From the NCBI GenBank assembly GCA_029261575.1, contig JAJDBD010000049.1:6549-70548 (forward strand): a stretch of DNA of 64,000 nt, read 5' to 3'. This document shows, piece after piece, positions 32,134 through 41,265 of the stretch. Within the stretch, counting starts at the first letter, position 1, and each line of letters opens with the position of its first letter. The position numbers and the translations under genes were made by a program. The notes under the pieces were generated by a model that worked only from the letters and a program-made list of their open reading frames with translations, was not told the DNA's origin and ran no database searches. The stretch is from Nitrospinaceae bacterium. GTDB taxonomy: Bacteria > Nitrospinota > Nitrospinia > Nitrospinales > JACRGP01.

Positions 32134-33351
32134 ATGGGCTATCGCTACGCCATAATTGGGTCCGGTCGCCAGGGACTCTCCGCCGCCTACGACCTGGGCC
32201 GCTTTGGAGAGGCGGAGGAAATCCGCCTGTACGACCTGGACGGACGAGCGGCGCAACTCGGCGCCGAACGTTTGAACCGTTTGTTGGACGCCAAATTATT
32301 TAACGGCTTTAGTTTGGACGCCAGGGACGAAGAGGGCGTCGCCAACGCGTTGAACAACGTTGACTCCGCCATCAGCGCCGCGCCCTATGCCTTGAACCTG
32401 GGCGTCACCCGCGCCGCCATCCGTGCGCGGTCCAACCTGTGCGACCTGGGCGGCCACACGGATACCGTCCGGGAGCAACTGAAACTGGACGCTAAATCGG
32501 CGGGAGTCACCGTCACGCCGGACTGCGGCATGGGACCGGGCCTGAACGTTTCCATGGCGGTATTGGCCATGTCGCTGGTCGACCAACCGGACGAAGTTTT
32601 TATTTGGGACGGCGGCCTGCCGCAAAATCCCCAGCCGCCCTGGAATTACCAATCGACCTTCAACCTGAACGGTTTGGCAAATGAATACGACGGCGAAGCG
32701 TATTTCATTAGAAACGGCGAAGTCGCGGCCGTTCCGGCATTGACGGAACTGGAACGGTTGGAATTCCCAGAGCCCCTCGGCGAACTGGAAGCCATGGTCA
32801 CCTCCGGCGGACTCTCCACCGCCCCCTGGACGTTTGAAGGAAAATTAAAAACTCTGGAAAACAAAACCCTGAGATATCCCGGACACTGGCGAGAGTTTTG
32901 CGCCTTCAAGGAACTGGGATTGTTTGGCGAAGAGCCGGTCCAACTGGGCGAGAGGAAAGTAATTCCGCGCGAATTTTTTCACAAACTTTTGGGACCCAAA
33001 ATCCAAACTGGACCGGTGGAGGATATTTGCGTGATCCGGATTCTTTGCAAGGGAACCGGCGAAGGCGAAAACGTTTCCTGCACGCTGGATTTGGCAGAGA
33101 CCTACGACGAAGCGACTGGATTCACCGCGATGGAAAAATTAACGGGGTGGCACGCGTCCATCATCGCAATCATGGGAGCCAAAGGCGAATTGCCCAAGGG
33201 CGGCGTTCCCGTGGAACTGGCTCTGGCGGGAGAAAAACTAACTCAGGAAGCCGCGCGCCGAGGTTGGTCGATAAAAAAAGCGCCGAAAACAATCCCGAAA
33301 ACCCCAAACCTTTCCAATCAAATCAAACCCGGCCCAAAATTTAAGAAATAA
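32134..33351 (+). CDS. Saccharopine dehydrogenase-like NAD(P)-binding oxidoreductase
   Basis: Rossmann N-terminus YAIIGSGRQGLSAAYDL, and a homology-level impression of the saccharopine/lysine dehydrogenase fold. The ATG at 32134 is preferred over the TTG at 32128. Lys/Pro-rich C-terminal tail. Confidence 0.55.
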   Translation: MGYRYAIIGSGRQGLSAAYDLGRFGEAEEIRLYDLDGRAAQLGAERLNRLLDAKLFNGFSLDARDEEGVANALNNVDSAISAAPYALNLGVTRAAIRARSNLCDLGGHTDTVREQLKLDAKSAGVTVTPDCGMGPGLNVSMAVLAMSLVDQPDEVFIWDGGLPQNPQPPWNYQSTFNLNGLANEYDGEAYFIRNGEVAAVPALTELERLEFPEPLGELEAMVTSGGLSTAPWTFEGKLKTLENKTLRYPGHWREFCAFKELGLFGEEPVQLGERKVIPREFFHKLLGPKIQTGPVEDICVIRILCKGTGEGENVSCTLDLAETYDEATGFTAMEKLTGWHASIIAIMGAKGELPKGGVPVELALAGEKLTQEAARRGWSIKKAPKTIPKTPNLSNQIKPGPKFKK

Positions 33352-33548
33352 TAATTGAAATTTATTATTTAAAATATCTTAATATGATTTTGCCGTTGAT
33401 ACTTTTTTGGGAATACGGCAAGGGATCATTTCGCTCGTATTCTTCCTGAGTTTTTCGCGACAAAACAAAATCGGGATTTCATTTAGGCCTTAAAATGCGA
33501 TGATACCCCCTGCCTCAATCTAAATTGTATTTTTTAATGGAGTTTTAA

Positions 33549-35369
33549 ATGTACCTATTGCACCAGCCTTCAAATGATTATTTCGCTCCGTGCAAAACAT
33601 TTTCCAGGACAATTTTGACTTGGGTTATTTCCGGACTTTTCCTGATATTATTTTCTACCCAGGTCCATGCCGAAAATACCCCCCCGCCTAGCAACCAAGC
33701 GCCTGCCGAGAAAAACCAACCCGAACTGAGTCCCATTGAAGACCGGCAAATCAAATTGTTTCAGGTGATCAAAAGAAGCGCAGAAATCCGAAAGGACTTG
33801 CGCGAGCTTCAAAAAAAAGAGGCGACAAAGGAAATCACGGACCGTATCACTCAATCGCAAAAAGCACTCGACTCCCTCAACAACAATTTTGAGACTCTGG
33901 CCACCCAGCTTCAGAGCGAGGAAATTCCGCGTGTTGAAGAAGTGGCATTTAACTGGACCGAGGAGTTGCAGGAAATCACGAAACCGATATTGAAAGCGAT
34001 TCGGGAAATATCTTCCCGGCCTAGAAAGATTGAAACTCTTAAAGCTAAAATTGAATCGTTAAAAACTAAAATCAAAAATCATGAAAAAGCTAAAAAAAAC
34101 CTGGGAGAGCTACGGGAAAACAAATTTAACATTCCAGACGAAATAAATAAAAATGGAGCAACCGTTCCCAAAAAAGAGCTTCTTAAAGACTTTAACGACA
34201 GCCTGGATATCTTATACGACAAATACAACCCTGAAATATTAGTTTTAAAACTGGGAGAAGCCGAGAGTAATTTAATCAAAATCCAACAATCCGACAAATC
34301 CATTTTTAGCGTGGTGACCGAGGTATTTGGCGATTTTTTTCGGGTCCGAGGCAAAAATTTATTTGTTTCCCTGTTTATCTTTGGGGGTTTATGGTGGATC
34401 CTTTTTCTTGCCTATAAATTACTCAGCGAAAACACCCGGATTCTTGACAGGCTGAATCGGCCGACAAGAAAAATCGTCAAGGCATTTTACAATTTTTTTA
34501 TATTTGGCGTCTCCGCGATGGCCGGTCTCTTGAGTCTCTATTTAATGGACGACTGGCTTCTTTTAAGCATTGTAGTTATCTTTTTAATGGCGTTGGGATG
34601 GGCCTCGCGCCAACTCATTCCAAAATTCTTACTAGAATTGCGTCTAATCCTTAATCTTGGACCCGTACGCGAAGGCGAACGTTTATTTTGGCAGGGCGTT
34701 CCCTGGTTGGTCAAGGATCTGGGCATGTATGCGATTTTAAAAAATCCGCGCCTGGAAGGAGGTAGTTTTAAATTACCCGTTGGGAAATTGGCCGACGAGC
34801 ATTCCCGGCCTTTTGTCAAAGAAGAAGAATGGTTTCCCACGGAAATTGGGGACTGGGTAGTTTTATCCGACGATACTTTCGGAAAAGTGGTGAGCCAAAC
34901 GCCAGAGCAGGTGATCCTGGAAAACCTCGGTTCCAGGAAACATTATTTGACTCCAGAGTTTTTGACGCTCAAACCCAGAAATATTTCTTCCGGATATGCC
35001 CTTGTCATAAAATTCGGGCTTGACTACGGAGTACAGGATAAAATATGCGAAGACATTCCAGAGTTATTTAAAACGGGTCTGGAAAAACAATTCAGCGATG
35101 AATTAGAAGCAAGCCCTCCCGTCTTTGAAAAGTTAAAAGTCCAATTCGACGAAGCGGGCGCCAGTTCATTGAATCTAATTATAATCGTTGTTGTAAACGG
35201 AAAATATGCTGAAGAGTATTATTCATTCAAAAGACAAATAAACAAAAAACTCGTCTCCATATGTAATGAAAATAATCTAACCATTCCCTTCAACCAAATA
35301 ACCCTCAACCTTTCATCCAAAATGGAAGACCTTACTCATGGCGCCCTTAAAAATAAAGATTCCATTTAA
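33549..35369 (+). CDS. MscS-like mechanosensitive-channel family membrane protein with periplasmic coiled coil (tentative)
   Basis: 606 aa. Signal/TM N-terminus, a K/E-rich coiled coil, at least 3 TM helices, then beta-domain-like segments (GERLFWQGVPWLVKDLGMYAILKN; GDWVVLSDDTFGKVVSQTPEQVILENLG). The gene is markedly AT-rich. Confidence 0.45.
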   Translation: MYLLHQPSNDYFAPCKTFSRTILTWVISGLFLILFSTQVHAENTPPPSNQAPAEKNQPELSPIEDRQIKLFQVIKRSAEIRKDLRELQKKEATKEITDRITQSQKALDSLNNNFETLATQLQSEEIPRVEEVAFNWTEELQEITKPILKAIREISSRPRKIETLKAKIESLKTKIKNHEKAKKNLGELRENKFNIPDEINKNGATVPKKELLKDFNDSLDILYDKYNPEILVLKLGEAESNLIKIQQSDKSIFSVVTEVFGDFFRVRGKNLFVSLFIFGGLWWILFLAYKLLSENTRILDRLNRPTRKIVKAFYNFFIFGVSAMAGLLSLYLMDDWLLLSIVVIFLMALGWASRQLIPKFLLELRLILNLGPVREGERLFWQGVPWLVKDLGMYAILKNPRLEGGSFKLPVGKLADEHSRPFVKEEEWFPTEIGDWVVLSDDTFGKVVSQTPEQVILENLGSRKHYLTPEFLTLKPRNISSGYALVIKFGLDYGVQDKICEDIPELFKTGLEKQFSDELEASPPVFEKLKVQFDEAGASSLNLIIIVVVNGKYAEEYYSFKRQINKKLVSICNENNLTIPFNQITLNLSSKMEDLTHGALKNKDSI

Positions 35370-36610
35370 ATCCTAATTGATCTTTTTCGTGGCGCGGTTT
35401 TCACAATTTCCCTAAGTTCCTTGAGGTCTTTGCCGTCGATCCCCAGGAAGTACAATATCAAACCGAGGTTGGAGATATTGATACTGGCGCGGGCGTGTTT
35501 TTGGACGATCGGCTTGGCGTTGAAAGCGATGCCCAACCCGGCCTGAGCCAGCATCTGGATATCGTTCGCCCCGTCGCCCACCGCCGCGACCTGCTTGAGG
35601 GAAATTCCGTTTTCCCTGGCCAGCGATTTCAAAATCCGGGCTTTGGCCGGCGCGTCCACGATTTCCCCTTCCAATTCTCCGGTCAATCGTTTGCCCTCGA
35701 TTTTTAACTGGTTGGCAAATCCATAATCCAACCCGTACTTCTTTTTAAGGTGGTCGATAAAAATCTGAAATCCTCCGCTGACGATGGCCACCTTGTGCCC
35801 CAGATGTTGAAGGATTTTCACCATCTCCTCGGCGCCGGGCGTCAGGGGCAAGTTCCGGGTCAGCCCTCGCAATTTGGAAACGGGCAGACCTTTTAAAAGG
35901 GCCACTCTTTTTTTGAGCGCCGTCTTAAACGGAATTTTTCCCGACATGGCGCGGCTCGTGACGTCCTTCATTTCCGCTTCCACCCCCGCCAACTTGCCCA
36001 ACTCGTCGATCACTTCGCATTGCAAAAAGGTCATGTCCGCGTCCAGAACGACCAGCCGCTTGTTCCTGCGAAACAGGGTGTCTTCCTGCACGGCGATATC
36101 CACGGCATGGGTTTCCTTGAAGCGAACCAACTCGTCCATCGCTTCCACCACCTGCGTTGGACTGCGCGTCCCGATCACAAACTCCATCACATGATGATCG
36201 CCAGAGTCGAGTTGTTCGATGCGAAGGATGTTGATGTCCAGGGAGGCAAAGGTCTGGGTCAGGTCGCGAAGCGTTTCAGCGGTGATCTGCTCGCCCAGCA
36301 CGGTGACTACGGTGCGATGCTTGTAGGGAGAATCCAGAAGCTGGGGTTCCTGCAGAGGGTACACATGGACCTTGAGTCCCGATTTTTTGGAATAATCATT
36401 AAACGCGGTTTTTATAGGCGCCGGGGAGGAGCTTTCGCCGCCCTCCAAAAACAAGGAAAGGTTCAACAATCCGTTAAAGACAAACTGCTTGATATCCACA
36501 ACGCGCCAATGGGAAGAATCAATCAGCTCCATGGCCTCGGCGAGGATTCCAGGACCATCGGGACCGGCGACGTGGATATGCAATTGCCTGCTGGATTGTG
36601 GGTGGGTCAT
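35366..36610 (-). CDS. serB: Phosphoserine phosphatase with N-terminal ACT-like domains
   Basis: HAD motif I VVLDADMTFLQCEVIDELG and motif IV AVGDGANDIQMLAQAGLGIAF. The ATG at 36610 forms an ATGA overlap with the upstream LRR gene stop; the track start at 36637 is TTG. Confidence 0.85.
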   Translation of the reverse strand: MTHPQSSRQLHIHVAGPDGPGILAEAMELIDSSHWRVVDIKQFVFNGLLNLSLFLEGGESSSPAPIKTAFNDYSKKSGLKVHVYPLQEPQLLDSPYKHRTVVTVLGEQITAETLRDLTQTFASLDINILRIEQLDSGDHHVMEFVIGTRSPTQVVEAMDELVRFKETHAVDIAVQEDTLFRRNKRLVVLDADMTFLQCEVIDELGKLAGVEAEMKDVTSRAMSGKIPFKTALKKRVALLKGLPVSKLRGLTRNLPLTPGAEEMVKILQHLGHKVAIVSGGFQIFIDHLKKKYGLDYGFANQLKIEGKRLTGELEGEIVDAPAKARILKSLARENGISLKQVAAVGDGANDIQMLAQAGLGIAFNAKPIVQKHARASINISNLGLILYFLGIDGKDLKELREIVKTAPRKRSIRI

Positions 36611-37068
36611 TTGGAATTTTGTGGATTGTACCGCCAACCTTCGCGTTTTTTGCAGGACCAGCCTTCATGGATATTAATGGACTGCAGACCGTCCAGGGTG
36701 GGAGAATTGAACAGGAGGATCACCCCTTCCCCTTTGACAGAGTTGTCCTTCAAATGGAGCCGCTTGAGCTTTGGCAGGAACCGGGAATTTGCGAGCGCCT
36801 TGATTCCTTCGTCGGTGATTCCATTTTTATTGAGATTTAAATAGCTGACGTTGATCAGGTTCGCGCATTCCGCCAGGTCGGCAAGACCTTGATCGCCCAG
36901 GCGGTTGTCGTCCAGGTCCAGCCAGGAGATTTCCAGCATTCTGGGACTTTCCCAAAGCAATCGCCCTTCCAGAGGACCCAGCCTCAACCCCGAGGCCATC
37001 AATTGATTGCCGCGCAAACGCCCTTCAAAAATAGAATCCGCGCTCTTGAATTTACTTTCTTCACTCAT
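36607..37068 (-). CDS. Leucine-rich repeat protein (ribonuclease-inhibitor-type repeats)
   Basis: 153 aa with three to four 27-28-aa repeats of form LxLxxNxIxDxGxxxLA (LDLDDNRLGDQGLADLAECANL, LNLNKNGITDEGIKALANSRFL, LHLKDNSVKGEGVILLFNSPTL). No signal peptide. Confidence 0.65.
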   Translation of the reverse strand: MSEESKFKSADSIFEGRLRGNQLMASGLRLGPLEGRLLWESPRMLEISWLDLDDNRLGDQGLADLAECANLINVSYLNLNKNGITDEGIKALANSRFLPKLKRLHLKDNSVKGEGVILLFNSPTLDGLQSINIHEGWSCKKREGWRYNPQNSK

Positions 37069-37112
37069 GAATAATAAAACCTCGAATATTGATTTCTCAG
37101 ACGCCGGTTATT

Positions 37113-38390
37113 TTATTTATCGGTTTTTTTCGGCAGGTAGGTTTTTCCTTTAAGCTCTTCGGGCAAATATTCCTGCTCCACCGTTCCGCCGGGATAATCG
37201 TGCGGGTATTTATAATCCACCCCATAGCCGTATTTTTTTGCGTCCTTGTAATGCGCGTCCTTTAAATGATCCGGCACAGGATAGGAACGCCCCTTGTTAA
37301 GAATATCGTTCAGGGCGGCGTCCACGGCGACAATGGCGGTATTGTCCTTGGGCGCGCGGGCCACATAAATAACCGCCTGTGCCAGAGGGATGCGCGCCTC
37401 GGGAAATCCCAACTTGTCGGCGGCCTGAGCCGCCGCGACGGCGAGTTCAAGCGCTTTGGGATCGGCCAGCCCCACGTCTTCCGCCGCCGTAACCACCAGT
37501 CGTCGGGCGATGAAACGCGGGTCCTCCCCACCGGCGATCATTTTCGCCAGCCAGTAAATCGCCGCGTCGGGATCCGATCCGCGCAAACTTTTTTGAAACG
37601 CCGAAGCGTGATCGTAATGTTCGCTCCCGCCCTTCTCGTAAAGAACCGCGGCCTCCTGAATGATACCCTCGACGACGTCCTTGCCAACGGCTTCAGTACG
37701 CCCTTCCGCCTCGCGGTAAAATGCCGCGCCTGCTTCCAAAATATTCAACGCCCGGCGGGCGTCGCCGTTGGCGTGCGTGACGATCCGGTCCAACGCTTCT
37801 TCCTGAAAGGAAATATTTTCCTTCCCAAACCCCAAAACTTCGTCCTGAAGCGCACGATCCAACAGAGACCGAATATTTTCCTCGGACAAATAATTCAGGC
37901 GAAACACCTGACAACGGGAGCGCAGGGCCGGGATCACCTCCAGCGACGGGTTTTCCGTGGTGGAGCCGATCAATCTTAGCGTTCCGTTTTCGACGTAGGG
38001 CAATACGGCGTCCTGCTGGGCCTTGTTGAAGCGGTGAATCTCGTCGATGAACAAAATACTCCGCATTTTTTTACCGGTCCAGACTTTCCGCGCCTGGAAA
38101 ATGATGTTGCGAATGTCGGACACGCCCGCGTTCACGGCGCTGATCTCGCGGAACCAACTGTCCGTCAGTTGGGCAACGATTCGCGCCAGGGTGGTTTTCC
38201 CCGAACCCGGCGGTCCCCATAGAATGAAGGACATGGAGGAACCCTTTTCGATCAGTTGACGCAGAGGTTTCCCCACCCCGATCAAATGCTCCTGCCCAAG
38301 ATAGGCGTCGAACCCCGTCGGGCGCAGGCGGTCTGCCAGGGGCGGCGGGGGTTCCGCCTGGTTATCTTCGTAATCGGGAAAAAGTTCCAT
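37113..38390 (-). CDS. rarA: Replication-associated recombination protein A (AAA+ ATPase)
   Basis: Walker A LWGPPGSGKTTLAR, Walker B/sensor ILFIDEIHRFNKAQQD and MgsA C-terminal domain (HLKDAHY). The ATG at 38390 (MELFPDY) avoids overlap with the upstream gene; the track start at 38504 lies inside it. Confidence 0.9.
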   Translation of the reverse strand: MELFPDYEDNQAEPPPPLADRLRPTGFDAYLGQEHLIGVGKPLRQLIEKGSSMSFILWGPPGSGKTTLARIVAQLTDSWFREISAVNAGVSDIRNIIFQARKVWTGKKMRSILFIDEIHRFNKAQQDAVLPYVENGTLRLIGSTTENPSLEVIPALRSRCQVFRLNYLSEENIRSLLDRALQDEVLGFGKENISFQEEALDRIVTHANGDARRALNILEAGAAFYREAEGRTEAVGKDVVEGIIQEAAVLYEKGGSEHYDHASAFQKSLRGSDPDAAIYWLAKMIAGGEDPRFIARRLVVTAAEDVGLADPKALELAVAAAQAADKLGFPEARIPLAQAVIYVARAPKDNTAIVAVDAALNDILNKGRSYPVPDHLKDAHYKDAKKYGYGVDYKYPHDYPGGTVEQEYLPEELKGKTYLPKKTDK

Positions 38391-38413
38391 AGCGATTGCC
38401 GGACGGCGGACCT

Positions 38414-40105
38414 CTACAGGTCCATCGCCTCCAGGTTTTTGACGCCGCGACGCAAAGGCTCGACGATCACGACGACAGTGAGAAAAAGGATCAGGCCGTA
38501 ACAAATGGGAACGTCGACGCCGCCAATCGATTTTAATAAAAAGATTTCGTTAAAATGAACGTACATGGGCCGCGCGCCCAGGGCGACCACCACGCCGACA
38601 TACATCAGGCTCAGTATCATAAAGATGATTCCGCCTGCGCTGGAAGATATCTCGGAAATATTTTCATGATGGAACACGGGATACATGGCGCCCAATCCCA
38701 CCCCCATTCCGACCAGTCCCAGGGTGATTAAAAAGACGCCGTAGACGGACGTCCGCATGACATAATCGTCGACCTGCAAAAGATAATTCGAACCCACGAC
38801 CAGAATCTCGGCGACGATTAAAAGCGGCGGAAAATACAGGATGAACTTTCCAAAAAGGAAACGCCTCATTTTTACCGGAGCCGTATAAATCGTCCACATC
38901 ATATTCCCCTCTATACTGACGGCGGAAAATACAAACCTGGAAATGAGCGCGGAAAGGACGAACCCCACCATCCCGATATTTAAAACGGAGACCACGTTTT
39001 TTAATACCAGATTGCTCAGGGGCAGATTCATGATGTTAAAAATATACACCACCACCAGGGCAAAAAGAATGAACAGCTGGGACCATTGCCCCGGATCGCG
39101 GAAAAATAACTTAACGTCCTTCACCAGCAGAGCGTTATCCACAACCGGCAGGGAAAACCGAGGCAAGGCGGGACTGTTTTTAAAAACCGCGATGTTATTC
39201 GAACGCGGCGTTCCGTTGATTTCCTGGGCGGCGCGCCAACTGGAAAAATAAATCCGCTTGCTGATCCGGCGAAACAAGGCAAATAATACTCCCGCGCAAC
39301 CCAACAACCAGGCAAGCCTGATATAAGCAGTTTCTACATTGCCCGCCTTCCATTCTATCAACCCGCGAGTGATCCAACTGCTGGGAAGAAAATCATATTG
39401 CGGCGCCCGCAGGCTGTCGACAAAAGCCATGATCATTTCATCGGAGACGTCGTCGCGGAAAAATTTTTCGGGCGATAGAAAGCGGATATAGACCACCAAT
39501 CCAACCAGGAACATCAACCCGAGAAAAGAAAGAATCTGGTGGGTGCGTTTGGCCGGAAAATATCTCATGAGAGCCATGATCCCCGCGCTCCCCAGAATAC
39601 AAGGGATGATCGCAAAAGGAATAAAACTGAAAACCAAATAGACGTAATAGCCCGGCGACGTCTGAAAGTGATAACCGTAGGCCATGAAAATGGGAATCCC
39701 AAAGAGCCAAACCATCCAGGAACTTTGCAGAACGCTTTGGGAAAACTTCATGGTCACAATGGAATCCTTCGTTGTGGGAAGGGAATGCAAAAACTCCAGA
39801 TCGCTCGACATATAAAAAATCGTCAGGGAAGAAATCACGCTGGAAAATAAAACCATCATGAACAAAGTCAAAAATACCACGTTCAACAACTGGACAATCA
39901 ACTCGTCGCCCACCTCCAGTGGAAGCGTGTCCATGTAGCGAATCATGCGCAGAAAGAAGGCGAAATCTCCGACCAGAAACAGGACGGCGAGCGTCAAAAT
40001 CAAAATCCAGCGAGTCCGTTTTTCAGCGCTGGGCCTCGTGAAATTATTTTTGAGACACGCCAGGCGCATCTGAAAAAGTTGGCGGGTGTATTGGAAACTC
40101 GTCAT
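38414..40105 (-). CDS. Polytopic membrane protein (putative ABC-exporter-type permease, no ATPase partner adjacent)
   Basis: 563 aa with at least 12 hydrophobic helices. No catalytic motif. The family call is only an impression. Confidence 0.4.
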   Translation of the reverse strand: MTSFQYTRQLFQMRLACLKNNFTRPSAEKRTRWILILTLAVLFLVGDFAFFLRMIRYMDTLPLEVGDELIVQLLNVVFLTLFMMVLFSSVISSLTIFYMSSDLEFLHSLPTTKDSIVTMKFSQSVLQSSWMVWLFGIPIFMAYGYHFQTSPGYYVYLVFSFIPFAIIPCILGSAGIMALMRYFPAKRTHQILSFLGLMFLVGLVVYIRFLSPEKFFRDDVSDEMIMAFVDSLRAPQYDFLPSSWITRGLIEWKAGNVETAYIRLAWLLGCAGVLFALFRRISKRIYFSSWRAAQEINGTPRSNNIAVFKNSPALPRFSLPVVDNALLVKDVKLFFRDPGQWSQLFILFALVVVYIFNIMNLPLSNLVLKNVVSVLNIGMVGFVLSALISRFVFSAVSIEGNMMWTIYTAPVKMRRFLFGKFILYFPPLLIVAEILVVGSNYLLQVDDYVMRTSVYGVFLITLGLVGMGVGLGAMYPVFHHENISEISSSAGGIIFMILSLMYVGVVVALGARPMYVHFNEIFLLKSIGGVDVPICYGLILFLTVVVIVEPLRRGVKNLEAMDL

Positions 40106-40130
40106 AAGAAGGCGCGGTTAAATCGGTTTG

Positions 40131-41174
40131 TCAGGTCATGCGTTTTACCCATTCGACGATCGCATAATCCATCCAGCGGCGATCGCCCAACGGGGTTTTG
40201 TTTTTAGAAAGATAACCCATATGCCCGCCAAATTCGGGAGCGATATAGCGCAACGCGGGGTTTTGCCCGACCCGGTCGAACAAGGCGCGCGGGATGAACG
40301 GATCGTCCAAAGCGCATAAAATAGTCGTGGGAATCCGTATCCCATCCAAAAATATTTTGGAACTGCAGGCGTCGTAATAATCTTCCGCGGAGAGAAATCC
40401 GGCGGACTGCGCGGTGTAGTTTTTATCGAACTCGCGAATGGTGGCGTGTTCCGTTCCTGGCATGAACGCCTCGGGGTGGCACTCCAACAAAGCGCGGGCC
40501 TGCTGATTGATAAGGTCCATGTAATATTTGTTGAACACTCTGGAGAAATCCCCTTCGGAAATTTTATCGCAAGCAATTTTCAAGTCAATCGGCGGGTTCG
40601 CCGCATAAGCGCCGCGGATTTGAGCCGGAAGCTTTCTGCCCTCGCCCAGGTATTTGAGCAGAATATTCCCGCTCAGGGAAAATCCCGCAATCAACAACTC
40701 CGCTCCGGGATTTTTCTTTACGAGGAAATCGACGACGGCGGCCAGGTCGTCGCTGGAACCGCCGTTCCACAGGCGGTCGCTAAAACCCATGCCGGCCCCG
40801 CTTCCCCGGTGGTTCATCAAAACGACACCGTATCCCTGCACCCAAAGCTTGTTGGCGATTCGCCGCATGTAACCGGATTCGGAACAGCCGCCCATGCCGT
40901 GAGCCATTAATACCAGGGGACGCGATTTGTTTTTCGACGGAATTTCGTACAAAATGAGGCCCGACGGCGCGTCCAGCTTGACCTTGTGTGTTTTTCTCTC
41001 AGGCAAAAACAAATTGCCTGGAAACTTGCTACCAACAATAGTTTGGGCGATTCCGCCTCTAAACAGGGGATGCGGTTCAAAAGGGATGAGCGGCGTTTCC
41101 ATAGAACCTGGCGAATGATTTTTGGCTTTGTGCATTTTAAAACCGCGTCTCATGGAATAAAACCGGCTCGCCAA
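40131..41174 (-). CDS. Alpha/beta-fold hydrolase (YheT-like)
   Basis: Nucleophile elbow GFSLSGN, LVLMAHGMGG oxyanion region and a late His (GGHMGY). The track start is TTG; in-frame ATGs at 41153, 41135 and 41102 are alternative starts. Confidence 0.7.
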   Translation of the reverse strand: MASRFYSMRRGFKMHKAKNHSPGSMETPLIPFEPHPLFRGGIAQTIVGSKFPGNLFLPERKTHKVKLDAPSGLILYEIPSKNKSRPLVLMAHGMGGCSESGYMRRIANKLWVQGYGVVLMNHRGSGAGMGFSDRLWNGGSSDDLAAVVDFLVKKNPGAELLIAGFSLSGNILLKYLGEGRKLPAQIRGAYAANPPIDLKIACDKISEGDFSRVFNKYYMDLINQQARALLECHPEAFMPGTEHATIREFDKNYTAQSAGFLSAEDYYDACSSKIFLDGIRIPTTILCALDDPFIPRALFDRVGQNPALRYIAPEFGGHMGYLSKNKTPLGDRRWMDYAIVEWVKRMT

Positions 41175-41205
41175 CTATCTTAACAACGCTCAACGAGGGC
41201 GTTGA

Positions 41206-41234
41206 TTGACAAGCCTTATGCCGATTGATAGATT
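41206..41234 (+). promoter_or_regulatory. Sigma70-type promoter candidate for the TPR-cupredoxin-like gene
   Basis: TTGACA (41206-41211), a 17-nt spacer, then TAGATT (41229-41234). The next in-frame ATG downstream is 41266. Confidence 0.35.
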
Positions 41235-41265
41235 AAGGAAATATTTAACCCTACAAAAACTAATT

